From the NCBI GenBank assembly GCA_964500725.1, contig CAZCNP010000002.1, positions 133,347 through 197,346 on the forward strand: a stretch of DNA of 64,000 nucleotides. Reading direction: 5' to 3'. The position numbers were made by a program, and so were the translations under genes. The first letter of the stretch is position 1. Every line of letters starts with the position of its first letter. The notes beneath the pieces were generated by a model, which saw only the letters and a program-made list of their open reading frames with translations, was not told where the DNA came from and did no database searches. Shown here one piece after another: positions 41,733 through 51,458 of the stretch. Origin of the DNA: an uncultured Gammaproteobacteria bacterium (GTDB taxonomy: Bacteria > Patescibacteriota > Microgenomatia > Daviesbacterales > UBA10151).

Positions 41733-43156
41733 TTTTTTCTTTTTAATAATATTTTTCTAATAATTTTCAGGGTTTCTTCGTCAACGCTTGAATTAGTGGG
41801 AAAGTTCAAGCCTCTTGCTGAAATTTCTTTACTGTTTGTGTTTGAAAAAACATATTGTTTATAAATCTCCATATTTCCCAGTGGATAAAAGAAGGGTCTT
41901 GAGTCTACTTTTTTATTTTTTAACCTTTTTAACAAAGAATCTCTTCCCCTTTCATTTACAAGGGCTGAAACTAACCATGTAATTTTTTTTCTTTTAACAA
42001 GATTATCTGTCTGAAATTCTATTCCTTTAACTCCTTTTAAGGCTCTACGGTATTTATCTTCTATTTTTTGCCGGTTTGAAAGTATGTCCCCAACTCTTTC
42101 TATTTGTGCCAGTCCTATTGCCGCCTGCAAATTTGTCATTCTGTAATTATAGCCCACCATATCATGCCAGTATCTTTTTTTGGTACTCATTCCGTGATCT
42201 CTTAGAATTCTTATTTTTTTGGCTAATGCTTTAGAATTAGTTGTACACATCCCTCCCTCGCCTGTAGTAATAACTTTATTTCCATAAAAAGAAAAACATC
42301 CTATATGGCCGATTGATCCCACCTTTTTCCCGGCGTAGGTTGCCCCGTGTGCTTCTGCGCAATCTTCAATAACATAAAGTTTGTGTTTTTTTGCAATTTT
42401 CATAATTTTGTTCATTTCACAGGGTTGGCCGTAAAGATGAACAACAATAATAGCTTTTGTTTTTTTGGTAATAGCTTTTTCTATTTCTTTCGGATCGATA
42501 CACCAACAGGCAGAATTAATATCAACAATAACAGGTGTAGCATTTGTATAAAGAACACAATTGATTGTGGCTGCAAAAGTTAAGTCGGGTACTATTACTT
42601 CATCTCCTGCTTTTATTCCCAGAGCAGTTAATGCCAAATGAAGAGCTGCTGTGCCATTGGAAACGGCAATGCCGTATTTACATTCACAAAAATCAGCAAA
42701 TTTTTCTTCGAATTCTGTAATATAAGTTCCACGGCTGGATATCCATGAGGAAATAAAGGCATCAATGAGGTATTTGAGTTCATTACCCCCCAGCTCAGGA
42801 CTTGCAACAGGTATAAAAATTCGGTTATCAAGTTCATAGAACTTTTGATAAATGAAGTTTTCATCTACTATAGGAATGATTCTGATTTTTTCGTTTGTCA
42901 TCCCGATTATTTTTTTCGGGTCATCATTAATTGTTGCGTATGTGAAGCGTTTATTCATAATTTCTTTAACAGGAGCTTCTAATGTAGTTTTCTTTATAAT
43001 CAATTTTCTGATATCGCCATCAGTTAATATGCCGCAGAGTTTATTATTGTTATCAATAATGAATGTTACGCCTTTGCCGTTATTCTTTATAACCTGTAGC
43101 GCATCAAACAAAGTGTTTTCTATATTACATAGCAGGGGATCAGAATTTCTTTTCAT
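41729..43156 (-). CDS. CBS-pair + DegT-family aminotransferase fusion
   Basis: GILTDGDIRK (CBS); NGTAALHLAL, EDCAEAHG, FSFYGNKVITTGEGG. Confidence 0.88.
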   Translation of the reverse strand: MKRNSDPLLCNIENTLFDALQVIKNNGKGVTFIIDNNNKLCGILTDGDIRKLIIKKTTLEAPVKEIMNKRFTYATINDDPKKIIGMTNEKIRIIPIVDENFIYQKFYELDNRIFIPVASPELGGNELKYLIDAFISSWISSRGTYITEFEEKFADFCECKYGIAVSNGTAALHLALTALGIKAGDEVIVPDLTFAATINCVLYTNATPVIVDINSACWCIDPKEIEKAITKKTKAIIVVHLYGQPCEMNKIMKIAKKHKLYVIEDCAEAHGATYAGKKVGSIGHIGCFSFYGNKVITTGEGGMCTTNSKALAKKIRILRDHGMSTKKRYWHDMVGYNYRMTNLQAAIGLAQIERVGDILSNRQKIEDKYRRALKGVKGIEFQTDNLVKRKKITWLVSALVNERGRDSLLKRLKNKKVDSRPFFYPLGNMEIYKQYVFSNTNSKEISARGLNFPTNSSVDEETLKIIRKILLKRKK

Positions 43157-44196
43157 AGTTCTATAATCTGGTTCTTCTCAAAATCTTTTCTTGCTTTATG
43201 ATTGAAAACAGATCTGAAGCGGATAGGAGATATGCCTATGCCGCCTGTTCTTTTGGCTATAATATTCTTTTCGCTCATTAATTCTCCTTTTGCAATTGGA
43301 CATAAGGCAACTAGGCACTTTTGCATCATTTTTCTATTTTCTATCTCAGAGGCAGTGGGAGATTTTTCACTCCTACCCATGAATTTTTCAACCCTTCTTA
43401 TCTCTGTAACAAGTTTTTTAAGTTCAATAGGAGAAAGAGAAGCTTTATGATCCGGCCCCGGCATTGACTTATCAAGAGTGAAGTGCTTTTCTATTACCTT
43501 TGCTCCCATGGCAACTGCATAAGGAGCCGCTCCAAGATAGATTGAGTGATCAGAATAACCAGTGAGAATATTGAATTTTTGCTGAAATAATGTCAAAACA
43601 TTAAGATTCATTTCATCATCTTTGACGGGGTAATCAGAAGTACAGTGAAGTAATAATACTGCTTTATTAAATTTAGAAATTTCAGTAAGTGCTGTTTTTA
43701 TTTCTGAGAGAAAACTCATTCCGGTTGATAATATAATCGGTTTATTTTTTTTAGCGACTTTTATTAAGTAAGGAATATTAGTGGTGTCAGTAGATGAAAT
43801 CTTATAAGCAGACAAATTTAAATCATCTAATTCTTCCAGGCTGTCTTCATCGAAAGGGGTAGTCAAAAAGATAATTCCTTTTCCGTCACAGTATTTCTTC
43901 AGTTCTATGTTTTGTTGTTTGTTTAACTCCAGCTTCTTTAACATTTGGAATTGAGACTCGGCTTTGCCTGTTCTTTTTTGATAATTAGCTTTAGAAACGT
44001 TTTCCAATATCAAACTTTCAGTTTTAAATGCCTGGAATTTAACTGCATTTACACCTGCTTCAGAAGCTTTATCAATCAGTTTTTTAGCAAGGTTAATATC
44101 TCCGTTATGATTTACCCCTGCTTCTGCAATAATAAAAACCTCTGAATCCCGGGAAATTTCGAATCTACCAATTTTAATCTGTTTGTCAAAATTCAT
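43153..44196 (-). CDS. neuB: nonulosonic acid synthase (NeuB/LegI family)
   Basis: IIAEAGVNHNG, AVKFQ, STGM, LHCTSDYP, GYSDH, IEKHFTLD, SAF tail. Confidence 0.92.
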   Translation of the reverse strand: MNFDKQIKIGRFEISRDSEVFIIAEAGVNHNGDINLAKKLIDKASEAGVNAVKFQAFKTESLILENVSKANYQKRTGKAESQFQMLKKLELNKQQNIELKKYCDGKGIIFLTTPFDEDSLEELDDLNLSAYKISSTDTTNIPYLIKVAKKNKPIILSTGMSFLSEIKTALTEISKFNKAVLLLHCTSDYPVKDDEMNLNVLTLFQQKFNILTGYSDHSIYLGAAPYAVAMGAKVIEKHFTLDKSMPGPDHKASLSPIELKKLVTEIRRVEKFMGRSEKSPTASEIENRKMMQKCLVALCPIAKGELMSEKNIIAKRTGGIGISPIRFRSVFNHKARKDFEKNQIIEL

Positions 44197-44197
44197 A

Positions 44198-44968
44198 CTA
44201 TTTATAACCATTGAATTCTAACAATTTTAATTGTTGATAGTAAAGCTCCATTTTTCCCCTTTTTTCCAGTAAATATTTTAAGGCCATTTTCCTTTTAATT
44301 TTATTTATGATATAAATCATTTGTTTTTCTTTACGAAATTTTTTTACTTTTACATCCGGATTTTCGATTTCAGTTACGTCTATTTCTAAAGGATTTCTGA
44401 TTACATCAATATATTTAAAACCGTTATTCGTATAAACCTGCAAACCGGCCTTATTTTTCAGATCTGTTGTTAGTTCGACAGCATCATTTTTATAATATGC
44501 TGCAATTGTCTGCAGGATTTTTATCGCTATACTTCCGAGTCCCAGGTTTTGATATTTATCGGCAATAGCCAGCCCCATTTCTGAGACCCGAAGAACATTT
44601 TTTTGAAAATTTTTGTTATTGATTTTCCATAAAAAGAAATGCCCGATGATATCTTCACCCTTTTTAATAACAAATGAGGCATCTATCTTTTTTTCTTCTT
44701 TTTCAATTGCAAAGAGTAAAGCAGTTATTAGTTTTTTTTTATCATCCCAAGGATAAGGACAAAATAAGTCCCTGCTTTTTTTACTTAGAATATCTTTGAA
44801 TTTGAGTAAAGCTTCCAGATCACTCCTTTCAAGATTTTTAATTAGATAGCTTGCTTTTTCATCACCGATCTCCAATTGGAAATTCCAGGCGCTTAAGATA
44901 CCTTTGTTTTTGAAGAGATATCTATTTTTTTTCTTTTGAATATCCAAAACATTTTGACTTAGAATCAT
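44198..44968 (-). CDS. GNAT family N-acetyltransferase
   Basis: YQNLGLGS (QxxGxG), N..GLQVY..NGF. Confidence 0.75.
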   Translation of the reverse strand: MILSQNVLDIQKKKNRYLFKNKGILSAWNFQLEIGDEKASYLIKNLERSDLEALLKFKDILSKKSRDLFCPYPWDDKKKLITALLFAIEKEEKKIDASFVIKKGEDIIGHFFLWKINNKNFQKNVLRVSEMGLAIADKYQNLGLGSIAIKILQTIAAYYKNDAVELTTDLKNKAGLQVYTNNGFKYIDVIRNPLEIDVTEIENPDVKVKKFRKEKQMIYIINKIKRKMALKYLLEKRGKMELYYQQLKLLEFNGYK

Positions 44969-44996
44969 GTAATATAATTATAGAATTATAACACCT

Positions 44997-46127
44997 ATGA
45001 CTTCTCAATCATCAGAAAACATACATTCCGAAATCTACCTTCCTTCTATCGGAAGATCAAATCATGACTTAAGGAAAAGAATTCAGCTTCTACAAGATTT
45101 AAACAGCCTGAAAACTAAAACAGGACTTATGCTCTTACTTTTGTCACAAGAAGATTTAGAAGAAAAGGCGATAAAAAAGGTACTTAGTAATCTTAAAATA
45201 TTTGCAAAAGAACAAAAACAGCTGAAAATATTTTTTATGCATCCGAATAAACCGCTTTCCGGAAAAAAAAGACTAAACTTTTTGGACAATAGTGATTGGT
45301 CGATGAAGTATGTAAAAAAATCTATAGATCTTTGTTTTTCAATCCAGGAGGAAATAAATTCTGATTGGGGAAAGCTTTTAACTTTTCATTTAAATACTTT
45401 AATCCCCCCTTCCCTTTGGAGGAATGATAAACAATACTGGGACAATCAGTTTTTAAAAGTGTACGAAAACTTAAAGGATCTTTCAGATTATGCTAATTCT
45501 AAAAAAGTAACTTTAGCTGTTGAAACTACGCCAATCCCTGAATTTGGGGATATTGCAGCAGAACAGAATAATTATTTGCATGATTATAAATGTTATTGGC
45601 CTGATCTAGGTAATCCATGGCCTTTATTTTTTTGGAGAGATGAAATTTCAATGTTAAGGAAAGCTGGTTATTCAATTGTGATTGATTGGAGCCATTCTTA
45701 TATCGCGCTCTCGACACTTAAAAATTTAGGCAAACTGAAGGACAAAGAGAAAGTTATTAAAAAATATATGATTTATCAGACAGATATTGAGCTTGCAAAG
45801 AGTTTTAAAAGTTTTGTAGATTTAATCTGCAATGATACAGAAAAAGGAGATGTTTGGCATGTAAATAATTCCAGAGGGAGCTACAAGTATAAAGATATAT
45901 ACGGAAAAGAAGAAATATTTTATGAGGGAGTTAGTTTGGATGAGGGTGAGATTTCAGGTAAAGAGATAAATGAATTATTAACCTGGGGTTTGGATAATAA
46001 AATTAAAATTGTTATTGAGGTAAATGAAACGGATTTTAATAAGAATGAAAATACAAAAAAATCTCTGGAGGTTATCAGAAAAATTATTTCTAGTAAATTT
46101 TCTCAGTCAAACCGACGATTTTTTTAA
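44997..46127 (+). CDS. hypothetical protein, xylose-isomerase-like TIM barrel suspected
   Basis: TFH, LAVE, IDWSH, WHVNN, VIEV spaced like metal ligands of the AP-endonuclease-2/TIM family. Confidence 0.5.
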   Translation: MTSQSSENIHSEIYLPSIGRSNHDLRKRIQLLQDLNSLKTKTGLMLLLLSQEDLEEKAIKKVLSNLKIFAKEQKQLKIFFMHPNKPLSGKKRLNFLDNSDWSMKYVKKSIDLCFSIQEEINSDWGKLLTFHLNTLIPPSLWRNDKQYWDNQFLKVYENLKDLSDYANSKKVTLAVETTPIPEFGDIAAEQNNYLHDYKCYWPDLGNPWPLFFWRDEISMLRKAGYSIVIDWSHSYIALSTLKNLGKLKDKEKVIKKYMIYQTDIELAKSFKSFVDLICNDTEKGDVWHVNNSRGSYKYKDIYGKEEIFYEGVSLDEGEISGKEINELLTWGLDNKIKIVIEVNETDFNKNENTKKSLEVIRKIISSKFSQSNRRFF

Positions 46128-47091
46128 ATTCCTCTTTCGTTTTAATAGCATTTAGACCGAAGTATTCATCCGCTACTTCTTTTTGTTTCTTGTTAATTTT
46201 AAAATTAACCTCAGAAAAAGCTTTGATAATATCATTGTATGGTTTTGAAGAAAAATAGTCCTGGGCAAAGTTTGACCACTCTTTGTTTGCTCTGAATTTT
46301 GGAAATTTATAAAAAATAATATGAGGTTTATTCAAATAAACGCAATAACTCACATGCGTTCCGGCATCATTTGATATCGAGAGATCGGAAACCTCTATTA
46401 TGCTTTTAAGGCGGGGCAGGAACAAGGGATCAAGAATATGTCCGGCTGTAACGCATTCAAAACCAAGTCTTTGATAATATTTATGAAAGCCCAATAGAAT
46501 GTCAGTCCAATACAGGCACACTCTAATACTTTTATAACCTTTTGAAATCTCTTTGACTTTGTTTAAAAACCAGTTTTTATCGTGTTTAATAATTAAATAA
46601 TTTACAGAATGTCCCGGGAATAAGATAATATTTTTTCCTAAACGTTTTCTTTCTGAGGCAATTTTTTCTTTTGTGTAAAAGCTTTCAGCATAGTGTATAA
46701 AAGGTCCGATATCAAAAGATCTTTTGCCATATTTTTCAATTACTCCCTTCCTAAATTTGCTGTGGGTAATACAGGAAGGAAGGCCGGATTCGAATTCGAT
46801 ATTAAAAATTTTATCAGTTAAATGAAGCCCATGTTCAATTATGAATTTAAACTGGTATTCATCAGCAAGGCCGAGGAATTTCTTAAAAACCTTGGCGTGT
46901 CCATACCAGTCGTTAGGTTTGTTAATCTCATTTGTGAATGGGGAAAAGAGGTTAATTTTTTTTGATAAAGGTTCAATATCTGTTAAATCTAAATTAGATC
47001 TCCTTGCAATCTGTGTATTATAGTTAAATTTACTAACAGGATTTCTGTTTACAAAAAAAAGAGATCTTCTTACAAATTTTTTGTAATTCAT
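46090..47091 (-). CDS. hypothetical protein (candidate glycosyltransferase)
   Basis: long ORF co-oriented with two oxidoreductases; YGH, IEHG, FPGHS, GTHVSY. Confidence 0.5.
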   Translation of the reverse strand: MNYKKFVRRSLFFVNRNPVSKFNYNTQIARRSNLDLTDIEPLSKKINLFSPFTNEINKPNDWYGHAKVFKKFLGLADEYQFKFIIEHGLHLTDKIFNIEFESGLPSCITHSKFRKGVIEKYGKRSFDIGPFIHYAESFYTKEKIASERKRLGKNIILFPGHSVNYLIIKHDKNWFLNKVKEISKGYKSIRVCLYWTDILLGFHKYYQRLGFECVTAGHILDPLFLPRLKSIIEVSDLSISNDAGTHVSYCVYLNKPHIIFYKFPKFRANKEWSNFAQDYFSSKPYNDIIKAFSEVNFKINKKQKEVADEYFGLNAIKTKEEFKKIVGLTEKIY

Positions 47092-47098
47092 TCAATTT

Positions 47099-48046
47099 TC
47101 ATCTTCCTTTCAGAATTTTGTCATACCAAACAAGATTTCGGCAGTGTTCATTTATTGTACAGAGGGTTTTTTTATCCGTTAGAAATGACGCTACTTCCTT
47201 AAACAATCCTGCTTTAAATTCCGTATCCAATTTATCATTTAAGTCAATATCTGTAATATTAAAGCTGCCGTGTTTTTGAGTCTGCAGTTTTTCCAAGGGG
47301 CGGAAAATCAAACGGTGATTTTTCATCATTAATTCAATTCCCCATCTTCCGGGCGCAAGCCAATTTGCATGATAAGTAAAAGGAGTTTTTTGATTTGTTG
47401 TTCCAAAACCGGTAAAAATTGCTCCACCGGGGTGCCACGGAAGAGAAGCATAAGTATTTGCAGTTAGAGTCTGTGGACTTCCTGCCAAAAAGAAAGCAAG
47501 ATCCATAACATGAGAAGAATTATGCAATATCCATTGTTCTTTTATTTCTTTTGAGAAAGGAAGAGCAGCTATAGTTGCAGATACTTCGGTAAAGTCAAAA
47601 TGAAAAGATAAAACTCCACCGTCTTTGTGGATAATTTGGCGGGCCTTCGTAACAGATGAATAAAATCTGCGATTGTAACCAAGAAAAACCTGAGCCGATT
47701 TTTTTTGCGATTCATCCCTAACCAGTTCAATCTCCGCTTTATTAAGCCCGCCTGGTTTTTCAAGCAATATGGATTTGATGCCGTGTCTTATCAGGGAAAT
47801 GCATACTTCCCCCAATTGATCGCCTGTTACTGCCACTATAGCTTTCCAGTCTTTATAATCTCCCTTGGAGAGAAATGATTTTGCCCCTCCTGAGATAGGT
47901 GAGATTCCTGACTTTTCCCTAAAAATCCTTGCCGATTTTTCACCTCTTCCTATTACTAAAATATCATGATTTTGGGATTTTAATACTTTAAAAAATTCAT
48001 AAGCCATCCAACCTGTTCCGAAAAGGAGAATCTTAGACTTTTTCAT
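47099..48046 (-). CDS. Gfo/Idh/MocA-like oxidoreductase
   Basis: GTGWMA, LLEKPG, GYNRRFY, HVMDL. Confidence 0.85.
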   Translation of the reverse strand: MKKSKILLFGTGWMAYEFFKVLKSQNHDILVIGRGEKSARIFREKSGISPISGGAKSFLSKGDYKDWKAIVAVTGDQLGEVCISLIRHGIKSILLEKPGGLNKAEIELVRDESQKKSAQVFLGYNRRFYSSVTKARQIIHKDGGVLSFHFDFTEVSATIAALPFSKEIKEQWILHNSSHVMDLAFFLAGSPQTLTANTYASLPWHPGGAIFTGFGTTNQKTPFTYHANWLAPGRWGIELMMKNHRLIFRPLEKLQTQKHGSFNITDIDLNDKLDTEFKAGLFKEVASFLTDKKTLCTINEHCRNLVWYDKILKGR

Positions 48047-48048
48047 AA

Positions 48049-49023
48049 TTATGTAAAAGGATAAAGTTTATATTTTTTTTGGCTATTCTTATTAAGAAAT
48101 TTCAGGAGCGGGTTTAAAATATCCAGATGCATTTTTATCGATACGGCAAAAGGAGTTAATTTACAAGAACCGTTTTTCAAGAGGTCGGAAACTACCAGGT
48201 TTGTCATCTGGCTCTGATATAAAATTGGGGTTTTCTCCAAATTCCATTTCCAGTTTGTTTCAGAACTGGAAATAAATGATTTATTTTCATCAGCTCTTAT
48301 TAAACAGCGGTATGTTTGGGATAAAATCTCAATAGTAAAAGGAACATTACCGTTCGGATAATTAGTAAAAGATCCTGAACTGCCATTTTTAAAATAAACA
48401 TTTAAAGTACCAGTTAATTCCAGAAACCCTTTTCTTTTACTTTCAATTGGTAGGGTGTCCAAGCAGCTGGTATCCAAAGTAAAATCATAACAATTAGTTA
48501 AGTAGGCCATATGATCAATGTAGTGTATAGAGTTAGTGGCCAGACCCTGTTGACTGGAGTTTACAATATAAGTAAGAGGATTATTATTAAAGTGTTTTTT
48601 TAAATCTGCATAAAAAGGAGTGGTCCGCATATTGCAATTTACCCAGGCTTCACATTCTTTTGCAGCGAGCAAATTTTTTATGTCATTATAATCCTGATAT
48701 TTTTGGAAAAGCAGTTTTTCAAAAATTATATATTTCACTTTTGATAAACTTAACAACTGCTTTGTAACAGCCCCCCGTACGTCTGCAGTTGTGGCTATGA
48801 TTGCTATGTCTAGCATATTAGAAATTTCTTTTATATCTAACAAGTAACTTAGCTGGTGTCTGTTATGAGTTTGGATCTGATCGTAAGTTTTCTTGGCTTC
48901 TTTTAATGAATTTTCGGAAGGATCAATTACTTCAATAGAAAGCGATTCTTTAATGTCTGCTAAGGCTTGTAAATGCCTTCTGCCGATATTTCCTGCTCCA
49001 ATTATACAAATTTTCTTTAACAT
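48049..49023 (-). CDS. Gfo/Idh/MocA-like oxidoreductase
   Basis: GAGNIGRRHLQ, IFEK, NSIHYID; start MLKK at 49023 supported by TGgTATAGT 6 nt upstream. Confidence 0.85.
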   Translation of the reverse strand: MLKKICIIGAGNIGRRHLQALADIKESLSIEVIDPSENSLKEAKKTYDQIQTHNRHQLSYLLDIKEISNMLDIAIIATTADVRGAVTKQLLSLSKVKYIIFEKLLFQKYQDYNDIKNLLAAKECEAWVNCNMRTTPFYADLKKHFNNNPLTYIVNSSQQGLATNSIHYIDHMAYLTNCYDFTLDTSCLDTLPIESKRKGFLELTGTLNVYFKNGSSGSFTNYPNGNVPFTIEILSQTYRCLIRADENKSFISSSETNWKWNLEKTPILYQSQMTNLVVSDLLKNGSCKLTPFAVSIKMHLDILNPLLKFLNKNSQKKYKLYPFT

Positions 49024-49092
49024 GGAAATACTATACCATAAATCCCGTTTCAAGCTATAGATAATCACTATTTAGTTAGTTATACTAAGAAA

Positions 49093-50580
49093 ATGGGAAA
49101 TCCCAAATCATTAAAAGAGAGGGTTATAAAAGGTAGCATTATCGTTTTTGTGATGGCTTTTTTTGGATCTCTTTTTGCTTATCTCGTAAGGGTATTATTT
49201 TCTCATTCCTTAACAATTGAAAATTATGGATTGTTTTATGCAACCCTAAGTTTATTTGCTATGGCCTCAATATATATTGATTTAGGTTTCGGTTATGCAA
49301 TTATTTATCTTTTACCTAAATACATTAAACTAAAAGATTACTCAAAGGCCTGGAATATTTTTGTGCATGGTATGACAGTTTCCTTAGCAATGTCGATTGT
49401 AGTTTCAGTTGCTTTAGTAATCATAGCCCCCTTTTTGGCGAAAAATTACTTGAAAATGGAGCGTGCAGAAAATCTTATATATATATTTTGTATTTATTTA
49501 ATTTCTTCCACGGTATTGACCGGTTTATCACAGATATATGCCGGTTTGCAGAAAGAAAAGTATTATTCAGCAATTAATCTATTAAAGTGGATTTTTATAT
49601 TTGTTTTTGCCCTAATATTTTTTCTGTCCGATTTCCCAAATGTTCTATTTTATGCAATAGCTTGGACATTGGCACATGTAGTTACGGCAGTAATTTTTAT
49701 TTTTCTGCTTTATAGGAAGCACTCCTTCCTGACAGAAAATAAAGTTGTTTGGGAGGGTAAGATACTAAAGACCTTGTGGTCATTTGCTCTTCCGTCATTT
49801 TTAGAGTCTATGGTATATTCTTTTGTAATTTTAACTGATACCTTTTTTCTAACTCTTTTTAAGGGGGTTCGCGAAGCAGGCATTTACAATATAATTTATC
49901 CAATTGCTTCGGTTTCCATAATGCTGTTAAATCCGCTAAATAATTTATTGTTGCCTTTGGTTTCAGATCTGATGGAAGGGGAAAAAGATAAGTTAACGTA
50001 TCTTGTTAATAAAGTTTTGGAGGCCGTTCCTTTTGCGGGGATATATTTTGCCCTATTTGTAATAATGTTTCCTTCATCAATAGTAGCTTTAATTTTTGGT
50101 ACAAAATGGTCCGGATTGACAGAGGCTCCTTTAATGATTATAGCCGTAGGTTGCATTGGGTTACTTTTATCTATAATCTTAGGAACAATTCTTATCGGAA
50201 CCGGAAGAATCAGAGAAAGACTAAAATTACTGGCACTAACCGGTATTTTTTATGTTGTTCTCAATGCAGTCTTTATTTGGAAATTTGGTATTTATGGAGT
50301 TGTAATAACAAATACTTTATTGGGCTTGACACTCAGTGTTATGTTTTTAAAGGCAATAAATAAATTGATAAGTTTTAAGATCCCTTACTTATTTTATTTC
50401 AAGATTTCAGTATTTTCTTTAGCTTTGTATATATTGGTAAGATTTACTAGGATAGATCCGCATACATGGTTTGAGTTTATAACGTATGGCTTATTGTATA
50501 CACTACTATATGCTCTTATTGGATACTTTCTAAAAATGTATGATAAAAAGGTTATTCTAATGTTTTTTGGCAAAAGATGA
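49093..50580 (+). CDS. wzx: Wzx/MOP polysaccharide flippase
   Basis: about 12-14 TM segments, ENYGL, DLGF, AGIY. Confidence 0.85.
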   Translation: MGNPKSLKERVIKGSIIVFVMAFFGSLFAYLVRVLFSHSLTIENYGLFYATLSLFAMASIYIDLGFGYAIIYLLPKYIKLKDYSKAWNIFVHGMTVSLAMSIVVSVALVIIAPFLAKNYLKMERAENLIYIFCIYLISSTVLTGLSQIYAGLQKEKYYSAINLLKWIFIFVFALIFFLSDFPNVLFYAIAWTLAHVVTAVIFIFLLYRKHSFLTENKVVWEGKILKTLWSFALPSFLESMVYSFVILTDTFFLTLFKGVREAGIYNIIYPIASVSIMLLNPLNNLLLPLVSDLMEGEKDKLTYLVNKVLEAVPFAGIYFALFVIMFPSSIVALIFGTKWSGLTEAPLMIIAVGCIGLLLSIILGTILIGTGRIRERLKLLALTGIFYVVLNAVFIWKFGIYGVVITNTLLGLTLSVMFLKAINKLISFKIPYLFYFKISVFSLALYILVRFTRIDPHTWFEFITYGLLYTLLYALIGYFLKMYDKKVILMFFGKR

Positions 50581-51348
50581 ACCTTTAGAACTTTTAGCTC
50601 TTCCAAGTAGAGCTAAAGACCGTTTTTCATTATTAATCCAAGGCTGGGGCAGAGACTTATCTTTTCGTATAATAAACGTAAAATCATTTCCTTGATTTTT
50701 AAATATTAAGTTAAGTATAAATACCATGGAATTGAAAAAAAATTGTAGGAGATTTCTATTCAACAATTTCACTTTAGATTTTTTCTTCCAAGCATGATCC
50801 GGAGATAAAAATTCCTGATAAAAAAGGAACTCGCTGAAAAAAAGAATATTATGTTGTCTGGTTGGATCGAAGCTGTTAATGGTTTTTCTGACTTCTCTTT
50901 TAGTCCAACGATAAATGAAATTTGGTATAGCTGAACCATTTAATCCTCCCTCCTTGTAATCTATACAAAAGGTTTCATACTCCAAAGTAATTCCCAGTTT
51001 AACTAATAGACGGACTAGAATAGAATCCTGAGATTCGTTAACTATAATAGTTTTTCTGGACACTCGATACATTTCATTGAGAGCCTGATGTGGTGAATCA
51101 CAGTGGTGTAACCCTCTACTGACTATTACTAAGTCAAAAGAACAATCAGCAAAAGGGAGTTGGTGAGCATCTGCCTGTTGATAATGTTTAATACCAGGAG
51201 CTTTTTTGTCAATAGAAGTAATCAGATAGTTATTAAATTGTAGATTTTTTAATCTTATACTGTCATTGATATTACCGCAGATCACAAGGATTTTATCAGT
51301 TTTATTAATCAAACCCAGGTCAAGAAATTTTTTTAACAATCCTTCCAT
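50557..51348 (-). CDS. methyltransferase domain protein
   Basis: DAHQLPFADCSFD, GLHH, EMYRVS; SAM motif I degenerate. Confidence 0.75.
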   Translation of the reverse strand: MEGLLKKFLDLGLINKTDKILVICGNINDSIRLKNLQFNNYLITSIDKKAPGIKHYQQADAHQLPFADCSFDLVIVSRGLHHCDSPHQALNEMYRVSRKTIIVNESQDSILVRLLVKLGITLEYETFCIDYKEGGLNGSAIPNFIYRWTKREVRKTINSFDPTRQHNILFFSEFLFYQEFLSPDHAWKKKSKVKLLNRNLLQFFFNSMVFILNLIFKNQGNDFTFIIRKDKSLPQPWINNEKRSLALLGRAKSSKGSSFAKKH

Positions 51349-51458
51349 AATCCTTCATATATTAACATAATCATTAACACAATTAATCTGTCTAAGCTAT
51401 AATGTTAGGACGAATTATATATTGTATTATGATTTGTAATCGTAATATAATTTCTGGA

